64,000 bases of DNA, taken from NCBI GenBank assembly GCA_032718475.1, contig JAUCBJ010004177.1:18861-82860 (forward strand), in the 5' to 3' direction. The translations under genes were made by a program, and so were the position numbers. The notes below the pieces were generated by a model that worked only from the letters and a program-made list of their open reading frames with translations, did not search any database and was not told where the DNA came from. Source of the DNA: Nemertoderma westbladi. Lineage: Eukaryota > Animalia > Xenacoelomorpha. How positions within the stretch are numbered: position 1 is the first letter of the stretch; each line of letters starts with the position of its first letter. Shown in pieces: positions 1-13,086 of this stretch.

Positions 1-478
1 CTCTCTTTCATCTAACCGCCAGTCCCATTATTGGTGGAACAGAGAAGGTACCTTTTCCTAATCCTTGGCTCCACACACACATTGTAGATCCGGGCCATCA
101 GTAACTGATATCCCTTTGATCTTTTGTGCTCTTCTATTAGGAAGGAGTGGCTATGATTGCAAATAAATCTTTATGGCACACGGGCCGGTACAGTTACGGC
201 TGTTTGGATCCCCTTTTAACTAACACAGATACCAAATAATGCGACAATTTTACGGCTAATAATTCCAGGTAAGGGTCCCTGGATGCTACTCAAGTGGTTT
301 CGTAGCGCGAAATTTTTACTAGCTAATGATCCCCCGTAAAACATTTGCTTCCTGTAATTAAAGTAACGCCTATCTGGATGGTTGTTTGATATTTATAGAG
401 GCAACGGCAGGCAGGTAATACTGTCCCCCCCCAATAAATATGGAGAACATTTTTGCTCAGAGTTATAATATGATCAAA

Positions 479-2535
479 TTTATTATCTAAAACGACAAGG
501 TATTTTACACGACACAGTTTATTATCTCGAACGACAAGGTATCTTACACGACACAGTTTATTATCTAGAACGACAAGGTATCTTACACGACACAGTTTAT
601 TATCTAGAACGAGAAGGTATCTTACACGACACAGTTTATTATCTAGAACGACAAGGTATCTTACACGACACAGTTTATTATCTAGAACGAGAAGGTATCT
701 TACACGACACAGTTTATTATCTAGAACGAGAAGGTATCTTACACGACACAGTTTATTATCTAGAACGAGAAGGTATCTTACACGACACAGTTTATTATCT
801 AGAACGAGAAGGTATCTTACACGACACCATTTATTATCTAGAACGACAAGGTATCTTACACGACACAGTTTATTATCTAGAACGAAAAGGTATCTTACAC
901 GACACAGTTTATTATCTAGAACGACAAGGTATCTTACACGACACAGTTTATTATCTAGAACGACAAGGTATCTTACACGACACAGTTTATTATCTAGAAC
1001 GAGAAGGTATCTTACACGACACAGTTTATTATCTAGAACGAGAAGGTATCTTACACGATACAGTTTATTATCTAGAACGAGAAGGTATCTTACACGACAC
1101 CATTTATTATCTAGAACGACAAGGTATCTTACACGACACAGTTTATTATCTAGAACGAGAAGGTATCTTACACGACACAGTTTATTATCTAGAACGACAA
1201 GGTATCTTACACGACACAGTTTATTATCTAGAACGACAAGGTATCTTACACGACACAGTTTATTATCTAGAACGAAAAGGTATCTTACACGACACAGTTT
1301 ATTATCTAGAACGAGAAGGTATCTTACACGACACCATTTATTATCTAGAACGACAAGGTAGGTATCTTACACGACACAGTTTATTATCTAGAACGAGAAG
1401 GTATCTTACACGACACAGTTTATTATCTAGAACGAGAAGGTATCTTACACGACACAGTTTATTATCTAGAACGAGAAGGTATCTTACACGACACCATTTA
1501 TTATCTAGAACGACAAGGTATCTTACACGACACAGTTTATTATCTAGAACGAAAAGGTATCTTACACGACACAGTTTATTATCTAGAACGAGAAGGTATC
1601 TTACACGACACCATTTATTATCTAGAACGACAAGGTATCTTACACGACACAGTTTATTATCTAGAAGGACAAGGTATGTTACACGACACAGTTTATTATC
1701 TAAAACGACAAGGTATCTTACACGACACAGTTTATTATCTAGAACGAAAAGGTATCTTACACGACACAGTTTATTATCTAGAACGAGAAGGTATCTTACA
1801 CGACACCATTTATTATCTAGAACGACAAGGTATCTTACACGACACAGTTTATTATCTAGAACGAAAAGGTATCTTACACGACACAGTTTATTATCTAGAA
1901 CGAGAAGGTATCTTACACGACACCATTTATTATCTAGAACGACAAGGTATCTTACACGACACAGTTTATTATCTAGAAGGACAAGGTATGTTACACGACA
2001 CAGTTTATTATCTAAAACGACAAGGTATCTTACACGACACAGTTTATTATCTAGAACGAAAAGGTATCTTACACGACACAGTTTATTATCTAGAACGAAA
2101 AGGTATCTTACACGACACAGTTTATTATCTAGAACGAGAAGGTATCTTACACGACACCATTTATTATCTAGAACGACAAGGTATCTTACACGACACAGTG
2201 TATTATCTAAAACGACAAGGTATCTTACACGACACAGTTTATTATCTAGAACGAGAAGGTATCTTACACGACACAGTTTATTATCTAGAACGACAAGGTA
2301 TCTTACACGACACAGTTTATTATCTAGAACGACAAGGTATCTTACACGACACAGTTTATTATCTAGAACGAGAAGGTATCTTACACGACACAGTTTATTA
2401 TCTAGAACGACAAGGTATCTTACACGACACAGTTTATTATCTAGAACGAGAAGGTATCTTACACGACACAGTTTATTATCTAGAACGACAAGGTATCTTA
2501 CACGACACAGTTTATTATCTAGAAGGACAAGGTAT
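479..2535. repeat. 39-bp minisatellite (TTATTATCTAGAACGACAAGGTATCTTACACGACACAGT), about 50 copies; resumes briefly at ~3229-3280
   Basis: Direct tandem periodicity; one frame reads as the 13-aa repeat ILHDTVYYLERQG; variants (GAGA/GACA/GAAA, CCAT) recur in blocks. Confidence 0.97.
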
Positions 2536-3228
2536 TATACAGACGTTTCGGCCTAGCACGTTTCGGTCCAGGACGTTTCGGCCCGGACATTTCGGCCCGG
2601 ACGATTCGGCCCGGACGTTTCGGCCCATGACTGTAACTGAATGAAAAGGCCAACTTGTTTGATATGATAATAATTATTCATTAAAATTATAATTATTTCA
2701 CAATAACATACAAACACTTAATAAAATATCTTTCATGAAATGGCTATTTAATTTACCTTTATTTAAAAATAAAATAAACATTATGGAAGTGGTGCTCTGG
2801 TTCCATAGTCGCCATCAATTATGTTATGCGGCCGAAAAAATACGCATATATTTCATCTAAATTTAAATTTAAATTTATATATTATTATTATATTTGTTAT
2901 ATTTGTTCTAAGTTACATTATGGTGTAAATTTATATTAATAAATAATAATAATAATATTACATTAGTTATTATTTATAAATATAATGTAGAACTTCGATC
3001 TTGACGACTTTCAAACAGGTGTCGGAGCAGTTCCTACTGACAACTCCTCTTGTAACGAACGTATAACAACTACAAAACAAATATATTGAATAACTTATTA
3101 TTAATAGCTTATTTAAGGGAGTAAAGTGAATCTTTGGGCCAAAACGTCCGTCAAGCAAATCTTGTATTTCATTCATTGAGCCGAAACGTCCTAGGCCAAA
3201 ACGTCTTAGACCGAAACGTCTGTTACCC
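2536..3228. mobile_element. Non-autonomous DNA transposon (MITE-like) inserted into the 39-bp array
   Basis: Left end has ACAGACGTTTCGGCC followed by ~15-bp subrepeats (GACGTTTCGGCCCG); right end has inverted copies ending CCGAAACGTCTGTTACCC; AT-rich core; the satellite unit is split (CAAGGTAT | ATCTTACACGAC). Confidence 0.8.
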
Positions 3229-3519
3229 ATCTTACACGACACAGTTTATTTATTATCTAGAACGACAAGGTATCTTACACAGATGTTACAAAGTAACATT
3301 GGCCTTATGAGTATGATCCATTGTAATTATCAGTAAATACTTACGTATTAACTGCCTCAATTGTTTTTCTATACGTTGAGTGTAAAGATTAAGAATAAAG
3401 ATAAAGATTAAATCAGTAGTCATATCTACATATTTGTTGCGCTATATCAGTTCTTTTAATTTAACCCCCCCCCCCCCCCCCCTCCCATGACATACCATCA
3501 GGACAACAACCAGTACTAT

Positions 3520-4345
3520 GTAACACAATCAGAACTGCAACCTGTACAGTGTGACACAATCAGCACTGCACTGTGTTACCGTGTGACACAATCAGGACTG
3601 CACTGTGTACCGTGTGACACAATTAAGACTGTATCCTGTACCGTGTGACACAATCAGGTCTGCACTGCGTACCGTGTCACACCACCAGGACTGCACTCAC
3701 TGTGTACCGTGCCACACCATCAGGACTGCACTGTGTACCGTATGACACTGTTAGAACTGCAACCTGTACCGTGTGACACAATCAGAACTGCAACCTGTAC
3801 CCTGTGACACAATCAGGACTGCACTGTGTACCGTGACACAATCAGGACTGCACTGTGTACCGTGACACAATCAGGACTGCACTGTGTACCGTGACACAAT
3901 CAGGACTGCACTGTGTACCGTGACACAATCAGGACTGCACTGTGTACCGTGACACAATCAGGACTGCACTGTGTACCGTGACACAATCAGGACTGCACTG
4001 TGTACCGTGTCACACCATCAGGACTCACAATGTGTACCGCATGACACTGTCAGAACTGCAACCAGTACCGTGTGACACAATCAGGACTGTAACCTGTACC
4101 GTGTGACACAATCAGGACTGCAACCTGTACCGTGTGACACAATCAGGACTGCACTGTGTACCGTGTGACACCGTCATGACTGCACTGGTACCGTATTACA
4201 CTAGCAGGACTGAAACCTGTACCGTGTGACACAATCAGGACTGCACTGTGTGTGAACCGTGTCACACCATAATCAATGACTGCATTGTGTACCGTGTGAC
4301 ACAATTAGTACTGTATACCGTGGCATACCATCAGGACTGTAACCA
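3520..4345. repeat. 29-31-bp minisatellite (GTGACACAATCAGGACTGCACTGTGTACC)
   Basis: Tandem copies, homogeneous at ~3810-4010 and diverged toward the edges. Confidence 0.93.
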
Positions 4346-5451
4346 ACCTGGTTAATTTTATCATACTTCATTATTCTCTGCCTTCATCCTTGTTTGATTG
4401 ATTTGGTATCAATTTCAACCGCGGGTTCATATCAAAAGAATTGTTTCACACCGCAGGCGTCGATGTAATTTTCTTTCTAAAGCTATAAATTGCGAAAAAT
4501 CGATCCCCAGTGCAAGCGAACTAAACCTACGGTAAGTCGGGTAGGGGGGGGGGGGGGGGTGGTCCGTCCCTAAGGCCGGACAAACTGAACGTGGGCGGTA
4601 TTTAACGCCATGCCTCGGACTCAATCAACCCAACTAGCCGACTACCAAACTTGGATTAATCCTCCCCCGAGCACTGGAGCAGAAGAGGTGGGCTGTGTCC
4701 CAACGTTATCCGCGGCATGTACGGGTACAACCACAGCGAGTAGCATAACGCCCTGTCATCGATACGGCGTCTAATAAAGGGGATTATAAAAAAGCGGACA
4801 CCGTTAGCTAAAGCGCTCGCAATTAACGTTAATGGTTGGTAACTCTGGCCGCAATGTTTATTAGGTCCCCAACATTGTTGCCACTGTGTATTAAAGCCAA
4901 ACATCTGCTTCGGTGGATATTTAGTTGCCTGGTGTAAGTGCGGTTATGACTCACTGTCCTTTAACGGCCCGATTAAACACATATTGAATGATTTTTTTTA
5001 ACTTTATTGGGATAAAAATGCTAATGTCGTTAAAAAGTCATAAAAAATTATATTATATTATGTACAATGCGTGAATTATTTCGTAATTAATATTATCTTC
5101 TTTTGACGATTAATAATTTAGTAACGGGAAAGGTTTCCGCTTTATACATGATTATCTTAATACTTAAATTTGTATAAGTACATATTTATTTTGAGTCAGA
5201 GGCGTTTATTACCATATACATATGGTGTAAAATTTATGTACGGCACGGCATGTATGAAATATTTATGTATAATTAATATTAAATTAAAATTAAGATTAAA
5301 AACAATGATTAAAAGTTTAAAAGTAAAACCCTTAAAATCGTTGTGAGATTATTAGGTTGCATCCACGGGGGGTTTTATGTTGTACACGGTTAGTGCGTTT
5401 TTAAGAAGGGAGGGTTGCTTGGGGAGGCCTACAAATTTATTTTTGAAGCGG

Positions 5452-6341
5452 CATGATTAGTTCGTTCTGCAGTTCTTACCGGACCAGATAGGGTGAATGT
5501 AACGAATGATTAGTTCGTTCGACAGTTCTTACCGGACCAGATAGGGTGAATGTAACGAATGATTAGTTCGTTCTGCAGTTCTTACCGGACCAGATAGGGT
5601 GAATGTAACGAATGATTAGTTCGTTCTACAGTTCTTACCGGACCAGATAGGGTGAATGTAACGAATGATTAGTTCGTTCTGCAGTTCTTACCGGACCAGA
5701 TAGGGTGAATGTAACGAATGATTAGTTCGTTCTGCAGTTCTTACCAGACCAGATAGGGTGAATGTAACGAATGATTAGTTCGTTCTACAGTTCTTACCGA
5801 CCAGATAGGGTGAATGTAACGAATGATTAGTTCGTTCTACAGTTCTTACCGGACCAGATAGGGTGAATGTAACGAATGATTAGTTCGTTCTACAGTTCTT
5901 ACCGGACCAGATAGGGTGAATGTAACGAATGATTAGTTCGTTCTACAGTTCTTACCGGACCAGATAGGGTGAATGTAACGAATGATTAGTTCGTTCTACT
6001 GTACAGTTCTTACCGGACCAGATAGGGTGAATGTAACGAATGATTAGTTCGTTCTACAGTTCTTACCGGACCAGATAGGGTGAATGTAACGAATGATTAG
6101 TTCGTTCTACAGTTCTTACCGGACCAGATAGGGTGAATGTAACAAATGATTAGTTCGTTTCTACAGGTCTTACCGGACCAGATAGGGTGAATGTAACGAA
6201 TGATTAGTTCGTTTCTACAGGTCTTACCGGACCAGATAGGGTGAATGTAACGAATGATTAGTTCGTTTCTACAGGTCTTACCGGACCAGATAGGGTGAAT
6301 GTAACGAATGATTAGTTCGTTTCTACAGTTCTTACCGGACC
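5452..6341. repeat. 53-bp minisatellite (ATGATTAGTTCGTTCTACAGTTCTTACCGGACCAGATAGGGTGAATGTAACGA), about 17 copies
   Basis: Near-identical tandem units ending ~200 bp from the stop codon of the LRR gene. Confidence 0.96.
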
Positions 6342-6539
6342 ATAATAAATACTGTCATGGTAATCTTAATACCAGAAATGTCATGAGTAACGGTATATCG
6401 GAGTCTGAGTATCTGGCCTCCTTACTAATCAAACAGACATATGAAGTACAAAAATAAATCCACTTATATTCATTGTGTTTTCTAACGATGCAGTTTTCAT
6501 TGTATGGATAGAAGCCGGAGACCAATCAGTAGGCCTACA

Positions 6540-8120
6540 TCAATAATTAGACCCTTCCATGTTACGTGACACCTTGTAATGCTGCAGCTTCCTACATCGT
6601 TTCCACACGAAGTCGACTAACTTTTCAACAACTACGGTAGAGTCATAGTCGCACAATAAAGTAAATGCTTCTAGATTATCGAATTTGCCAGCATTTAAGT
6701 GATTCTCTATTTTAGCTAAGGAAGATGGACGTGTTGGCACTCCCAAATACTGTGAATTAACTCCAGTTAATCGAATCCAAAGTTTAATTAACGAAGGCAT
6801 TTGAGATCGCAAAATCAATGATATAATTCTGTCGTCATTTTCTGTATTTATACAGAGACTTTTGAGCGAATTCATTACTACTTGGTTAGTGGGGATAAGA
6901 AATATACCCGTGAGGTCCAACGTTTTTATGTTTGTAAATATATCACCTAAATCAGATAAAGAGACACGGCCACCACCCGGCGAGGGGACACGCAGTGTTA
7001 AATCCAACCTTAAACCAATGACTTGATGTAGACGAACACCTTTGTCAACAGCCTTCGCAATAGCATTAGGTAGAAGTCGGGCAGTCGTGAGAATCGTAAC
7101 TTGAGATAGATATGGGAACATATTGAAATACTCGAACAATTCTAGATCCCAAACAAGCTCACGAATTTCCAAAGTGAGACTGTTTATAGACCATGTACAA
7201 TGCTTTGTTTGACTGATATACTTTGTGATCGGTGCCCGAAGTAAGGAATCATTCAGGTAAATATATGGAAAACGAAAGACGATGTGCTCAAGATGTTTCT
7301 TTTGGTTACAATGCACCCTATTCAGGACTCTCAGTGCTTGATCTGTAATAAAGTTAACCCGAGGTAGCCGACTAAGTAACATAATTATTTGTTCGACTGA
7401 TAAACTGCTACACCATTTAATATTAAGTTCCTGAAATCCACTCAATTCATTAAGTTTCAATAGTCCTGGGTAAGTGATCTTTGATTTAGGTATGTGTAGA
7501 ATCCTAAGGTGAGGGCAATTCTTTATGATTGCGTGAAGAATCAAGACATCTATTCCAAAGAGCTTTATAGATGTGAGATGAGGATATCTAATAACGTTAA
7601 AAATAAAGTAAAGTGCTGGGTTATACGATGAACCAGATAGTGAAATATCTACTGACATCAACACACTAGATAATTCAGGGAGACCCTGAATCACAGATCT
7701 CACAATATCTAATCCAAATTCATATTTAAACTCATCGTCCAGAATAATATGAACTGTACTGGTAGCATTGCACAGACGTAAATAAATATTTCTATACGTC
7801 AACATTATATCGGCCACTGATCGAATTGGTAGTTGTACACAAGTAGCTGATGTCCGGTTGTTCTCATTCAACTGATCATTAAACACAATAAGGTAAGCAT
7901 GTAGAATAAACTTCCATGGGTGATTCGTTCGTTTCAGCCATCCACTGATAATGTTGCATTTATTTTGGATTTTGTGTTCACCCAGATTGTGTACCCATTT
8001 CTGATGTTCTGTGTTTACTATTCCTGTAGCCACTGCCCGAGTTACATTGGAAATGCAGATTTCTTTTAACGATAGTAGTCTGCAATTACGATTAAGTATA
8101 ACTGCTGGAATTTTATACAT
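6540..8120 (-). CDS. Intronless leucine-rich-repeat protein (FBXL/AMN1-type repeats) with N-terminal BC/SOCS-box-like motif; putative cullin-RING substrate receptor
   Basis: 526-aa uninterrupted non-repetitive ORF in AT-rich DNA; LLSLKEICISNV near the N-terminus; LRRs such as IIKNCPHLRILHIPKSKIT, FQELNIKWCSSLS, FTNIKTLDLTG, MPSLIKLWI, CRKLQHY. Confidence 0.75.
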   Translation of the reverse strand: MYKIPAVILNRNCRLLSLKEICISNVTRAVATGIVNTEHQKWVHNLGEHKIQNKCNIISGWLKRTNHPWKFILHAYLIVFNDQLNENNRTSATCVQLPIRSVADIMLTYRNIYLRLCNATSTVHIILDDEFKYEFGLDIVRSVIQGLPELSSVLMSVDISLSGSSYNPALYFIFNVIRYPHLTSIKLFGIDVLILHAIIKNCPHLRILHIPKSKITYPGLLKLNELSGFQELNIKWCSSLSVEQIIMLLSRLPRVNFITDQALRVLNRVHCNQKKHLEHIVFRFPYIYLNDSLLRAPITKYISQTKHCTWSINSLTLEIRELVWDLELFEYFNMFPYLSQVTILTTARLLPNAIAKAVDKGVRLHQVIGLRLDLTLRVPSPGGGRVSLSDLGDIFTNIKTLDLTGIFLIPTNQVVMNSLKSLCINTENDDRIISLILRSQMPSLIKLWIRLTGVNSQYLGVPTRPSSLAKIENHLNAGKFDNLEAFTLLCDYDSTVVVEKLVDFVWKRCRKLQHYKVSRNMEGSNY

Positions 8121-8152
8121 TGTATTTCAATTAGTTCTCCTTTAGTATACTT

Positions 8153-8412
8153 TGTATTGGTTACATTAGTATTGTGGTGGTAAAATTTGTTAACAATAAT
8201 GGAGTGGCCTAGAGAAGAAAATTGTCACAAAAGTGCCAAAAGTTTTTTATAAGTATCTAGGGGTATCTAGAATTCAAGAATCCATGCTCAAAAAAATATT
8301 TGTATGGAACACTTATTGCTAGAAATTAGCATATAATACAAGCCAAACAAAAGGTAGAGTAGTAGTTATAAGGTTAGAAATAGTGATATTCTAGAATAAT
8401 TTAATTAATTTA
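8153..8412. repeat. Dispersed repeat; second, internally shortened copy at ~10229-10406
   Basis: GTATTGGTTACATTAGTATTGTGGTGGTAAA...GAATCCATGCTC...ATAGTGATATTCTAGAATAATTTAATTAATT found at both sites. Confidence 0.85.
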
Positions 8413-8515
8413 GCAATAAGCTGTGATTCAATTGGAAGGGGATATAATTTACACTGTCCTGTCGCACATTAATTGCTATATCTCGGTAACTATAACTATA
8501 ACTCGGTAACTCGGT

Positions 8516-9220
8516 AAGTCCCCAGCAAGTCTCTGATCGGATGAGCATAAGCTCAAAGGATGGTATGCTTGAGCATGTGGACGACTTCTGTTACCTGGGA
8601 TCATGGATCCGGAAGTCAGGTGAGGACCTTCGAATACGTAAGGGAAAGGCATGGGCAGCCTTGAATAGGCTTTCCAGGATTTGGAAGTCACCTAGAATTA
8701 ATCGGAAACTTAAGGTCCAATTATTTAGAGCAGCAGTAGTTCCAGTACTCCTCTACGGGAGTCCATGCTGGGCTCTAACTGCTGAGGACACCAAATCTCT
8801 GGATGGCACATTCACAAGAATGCTACGCCGGGTACATTGTGTCAAGTACAATGCACACGTCTCCAACCAGACACTATATAACATTGGAGGTGTCTCATTG
8901 GTTCCCCCAAGCTTGACACTAGAACAAAATCGCCTCCGCTTTGCAGGACATTGCTTTCGCCGTGAGGACCAGCCAGTGCATAATCTTGTACTTTGGCAGC
9001 CTCATGGAGTGAATAAGCATGGTGGACAGCCCATGACTTTCTTGAGACGCATCTTAAAGGACACTGGCCTTAAAGATGCGGATGATCTAGCAAATGTCAT
9101 GGGTGATAGGGAGTTGTGGCGGTGCAATTTTGTTGACAAGCCGGCACAGCATTCTTAAAAATGCAGCTGCAATGCAGCATGCCGATCCTAGTAGTAGTAG
9201 TAGTAGTAGTAGTAGAAGTA
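8516..9220 (+). mobile_element. 5'-truncated RTE-clade LINE, family A (RT C-terminal part, ORF 8541-9158)
   Basis: LEHVDDFCYLGS, RLRFAGHCFR, LVLWQP motifs; (TAG)n tail at ~9189-9220; near-identical to copies at 22203 and ~49870. Confidence 0.92.
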
Positions 9221-9420
9221 GCAGATAAGATTTCAATCTACCAGTCTGCCTGTCGAGTTAGCCAGATGGTGCAGGATTCCTCCATTCCGTCTGAACGTCT
9301 TTGTAAATGCGGTCTTCCACATTCGTATTTGATCCTCGATTGCGCACTGATCCCACACCATGCTAATATTGATTACCAGTCTGTTTCGAATTTCATGACC
9401 TCCCCCGATCAGAAATCAGA

Positions 9421-10106
9421 AATTCTTCAAATTAGTCGTAGTTTTTTCAGATCAATAGAAAGCTTGCGTTACAAGGATTCCAAATATGTAACAATATCTG
9501 AATTTCGTTGAGAAACAGCTGAGAAATAGGCGTTCAAAGATTGCAAGAATTATTGTTCTCTGAAGGCCATTTATTCTATTTAATAAATACACGAAATTCT
9601 AGAACGTGTTATTTATTTTATGAGTTGGTTGGCAACAGCGGTATGCCTATACAATATCTATATTGCGTAGCTAACCATACATAAACAAATTGTTCCAGAA
9701 TTTTGTGTATTTATTAAATAGAATAAATGGCCTGCAGCGAACAATAATTCTTGCAATCTTTGAACGCCTATATATCAGCTGTTTCTCATCGAAATTCAGA
9801 TATTGTTACATATTTGGAATCCTTGCAACGCAAGCTTTCTATTGATATAAAAAATTACGACTAATTTTAAGAATGGCAATGATACGGATGGTGCGATTTC
9901 GCAAAAGACACTTTTTTAAAACGCGTATAAAAAAATTTAAAGGCGAAATAGAAAATTCCGGCTTCATGGTAACAACCACGGTGAGTTGAACTAGTTGTGT
10001 TTCAAATTTCAAGCAATATGATAAAGATTTGTAGAAAAATTTGGGGGGGGGGGGGGGGGGGTCCGTGTCATCAGAAAATGACACTATATTACGGGTCATG
10101 GTGTAT
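9421..10106. mobile_element. Foldback/MITE element with left arm truncated; same family as 30240-31959
   Basis: Inverted arms ~9421-9606 and ~9691-9874; terminus GGGTCATGGTGTATA is shared with the 31959 end. Confidence 0.8.
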
Positions 10107-11169
10107 AGATTTATGAGAAGATAACAAGATCATATTTCTGTATAAATATAGGCTAATAAACCATGTTACTTCCAAACAACAAATAATATTTTAATAAATA
10201 ATACCATCAAATAAATGAGTCATACTGTGTATTGGTTACATTAGTATTGTGGTGGTAAAGTTTGTTAACAATAATGGAGTGGCCTAGAGAAAAAAATTGT
10301 CACAAAGTGCCAAAAGTTTTTTATGAGTATCTAGGGGTATCTAGAATTCAAGAATCCATGCTCCCAAAAATATAATAGTGATATTCTAGAATAATTTAAT
10401 TAATTAATTCTAGAACATTAATTTATATGGAAAGGGGAAAAAGAGCTTGAAAAACGCCCAAAAAAAACCAAAAGCTTGAAAACAGATAAAAAAAGCTTAG
10501 AAAACTGCACTTAAAAACGCAGCGCATATTGTGGCCGGCCCATTCTGTAACCAATTCTAAGAGTAAACATCGTGAGTTAATTAATAAAATGATGAAAATT
10601 TAGATTATGAATTTTGGTAATGAATAACAATTAATATCTATTCACCCCTAATGAAAAAAAATAACCATTTCCCGCCATAGCGCCCCCACGTGGGAAGGGT
10701 TTTGTTATTTTGAGATAAAAACTATTTACAATGCAGGAAGTGGCCGTTAGGTGGATTTACCATTTTCGGCTTCATGGTATATTAATTATCCGGTCAATAA
10801 GCTCCTTTATACAATCTGACGGTATTATATGATTATAGACTAGACTCTATACTGTGATCACAGACACCTCTATGATCATCATGATGTGTCAACATGCTCT
10901 CATTTTTTAAGAAAGGCCAAGCTAGTGTTTTTTGTGCTAGCAGTAACCTAAAATATCGATTTGTTTATGGAGAATTCAAAAATAATTATCAGAGTCAACC
11001 CCTGAGTAAAATTAAGTGAGTCATTCCAAATTTGCCATCCAAAGTGGCGCCCATGGATGGGGCGAGTTAGTGAAATCAATTTAATGTTATTCAAAACAAT
11101 TGACATACTATCAGAGTCACCCCGCCTGATGGTATATACTACTATAGATGTCATCTTTCAGATGAGAAA

Positions 11170-11830
11170 AATATAATTATTTATTACATGGGAAAAAAAG
11201 TAGAACTTTTTCACTATTCTCGAGGCATTTTATTTACCGAGCGTCGTCAGCGAGGTTAATAAAGGGTCGAGAGAATATTGAAAAAAAATGTTCTATTGTT
11301 TTTTTCCCCATGTAATACGTAATTTTATTCTTATATTGGTACTTTTTTGTTGCTTAATTCTTTAATAACGTACAGAGATATTATGGTACGAAATAAATTG
11401 AACTGCAGTATTTTACTATATTGCTTCCATAGTTACTGCAATTCATATATTGAACTCTTCAACTCCTGATGCTGCCTTACTCAATGTTAAATAATGTAGT
11501 GTTCTAGAATATTTATTAGGTAACTAGAGAGCCGCTTAACAATATAAACCAATATTGTATATTGAGTTCCGTTTTGGTGAACGCTGCGCAGACACTAAAT
11601 TTGCAATAACGTTTGAGTGTGTCAATGGAATGCTTAAATTACGTGCAAACTTTTTCTACGTCAACGATCTTTCAACATATTTAATTTAAGATATTCCACC
11701 AAAAATTTTTCAATTAACTTTTTTCGCCGGGAAAAAACGTAACATCAATGCAATCCTATGGGTTACTTTTTTCCCTAGGGAAATAAGTGCAACTTTTTCT
11801 CACGATTTTAGTCTAAATTCGAGCGAAAAA
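11170..11830. mobile_element. Non-coding interspersed repeat; inverted homolog at ~19607-19760 plus ~20930-21050
   Basis: CTCTTCAACTCCTGATGCTGCCTTACTCAATGTTAAATAAT is the reverse complement of sequence at ~19670-19710; neighbouring blocks also match. Confidence 0.7.
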
Positions 11831-13086
11831 GTAACATTTTAAGAATAAATATTGCTTCAGTAGTTTTCGAGATTTGAGCAATTCCTGGCACCCATACCAT
11901 GTCAACACCTTTCGATTTTCGATTTGATAAAATTATTCAAAATACATCACCCTTCAAAGACTTGGTATAACCATTAAACCAAACTATGCTTTTTTGGTTT
12001 GTTGAATTCATTATTAAACGAAAGCGAGATTAGAAGCAATTTTTAAAAATAAACTAAAAGAGCACCAAAAGTCACAAGTACTTTGAAATTATCAAATAGC
12101 CAAATGTTGTAAATTGGCCATACAGACTGGCTACTCAGGAAACGTGCTGATTTCATGGGGAAGGTTTATTCCTCTACCTACATCAAACATATCAAAGAGT
12201 TCTGTAATATAACAACATAGGCATGTTGTTATTTATATTAGTTATTAATCAGTTATTTGTGCCCCCTACAAAAGCTCATGATAAAAGCATTTTCACAAGA
12301 AAATATATTTTTTCAAATTTAATTTTTTCACTAGGTAATGAAAAGTAATATCTACTAGATACCATATTACTGTCAGAAAATCAAATATGTGTTCTTTAAC
12401 AAGAAACGTCATGATAAATGCCATTTTCATATGAAAAATTGGTGAACAAGTCCAACACATAAAAATTTTGATACACATTTCATTATGCTACTACAACCAT
12501 GGCCTACTATATATACGGCCTAACATGTTGTCGATTTGGCCTTAAAAAAAGAGGCCAGTTTTTTTTTACATTATTTTGATATTTTGATGAGGGGAAAGTT
12601 CTATAAATTTTCATTTGCTGCAATTTGGTCAACGGACGTAATTGAAGTCTCTTCGCTAAGCAAGATACTAAATTTTATGGTAGCTAGTGTCTTAGATAAG
12701 TTTAGCTAGTAATTTCAACACTGGTTCCGACATCCTACTTCCCTCTATAACTATTTTGTAGTAGCTAGTTCATATTGTGACTGCAGAGATCAGACTCAGT
12801 TTGAGAGCCAGCAAACCCAGGACAAGCAAGCAAATCAAATATGACTGGGAGAAACTCAGAACTGACAATGCTGTAAAGGATGCTTATACAGTAGAAGTTT
12901 AAAACCGCTTTGAAACACTTCAGTCAATGGATGAAGACAAATCCACCAATTCAATATACCAGAATATAATTTGAATAATATTTAATTAATTAATTAAGCC
13001 CGCGAGAGGCACCAAAGGCAAGTAAAATATATACACAAACACGTTAATAATTAATGCACGAATATAAATAAAATTAATTTATGAGA

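Noticed and set aside
1676-2644. 322-aa repeat protein ORF
   Set aside because: Translation of the 39-bp minisatellite running into a MITE; the start codon is a monomer variant.
4480-4545. Minus-strand ACTTACC start plus Sm-like AATTTATAG, suggestive of a U1-type snRNA
   Set aside because: Spacing is far too short and no U1 stem-loop sequences are recognisable.
5452-6341. CRISPR-like appearance of this and the other tandem arrays
   Set aside because: Units are contiguous with no unique spacers; no cas genes; eukaryotic TE context.
9161-9511. 116-aa ORF with a poly-Val stretch
   Set aside because: Read-through of the RTE (GTA)n tail into a foldback element.
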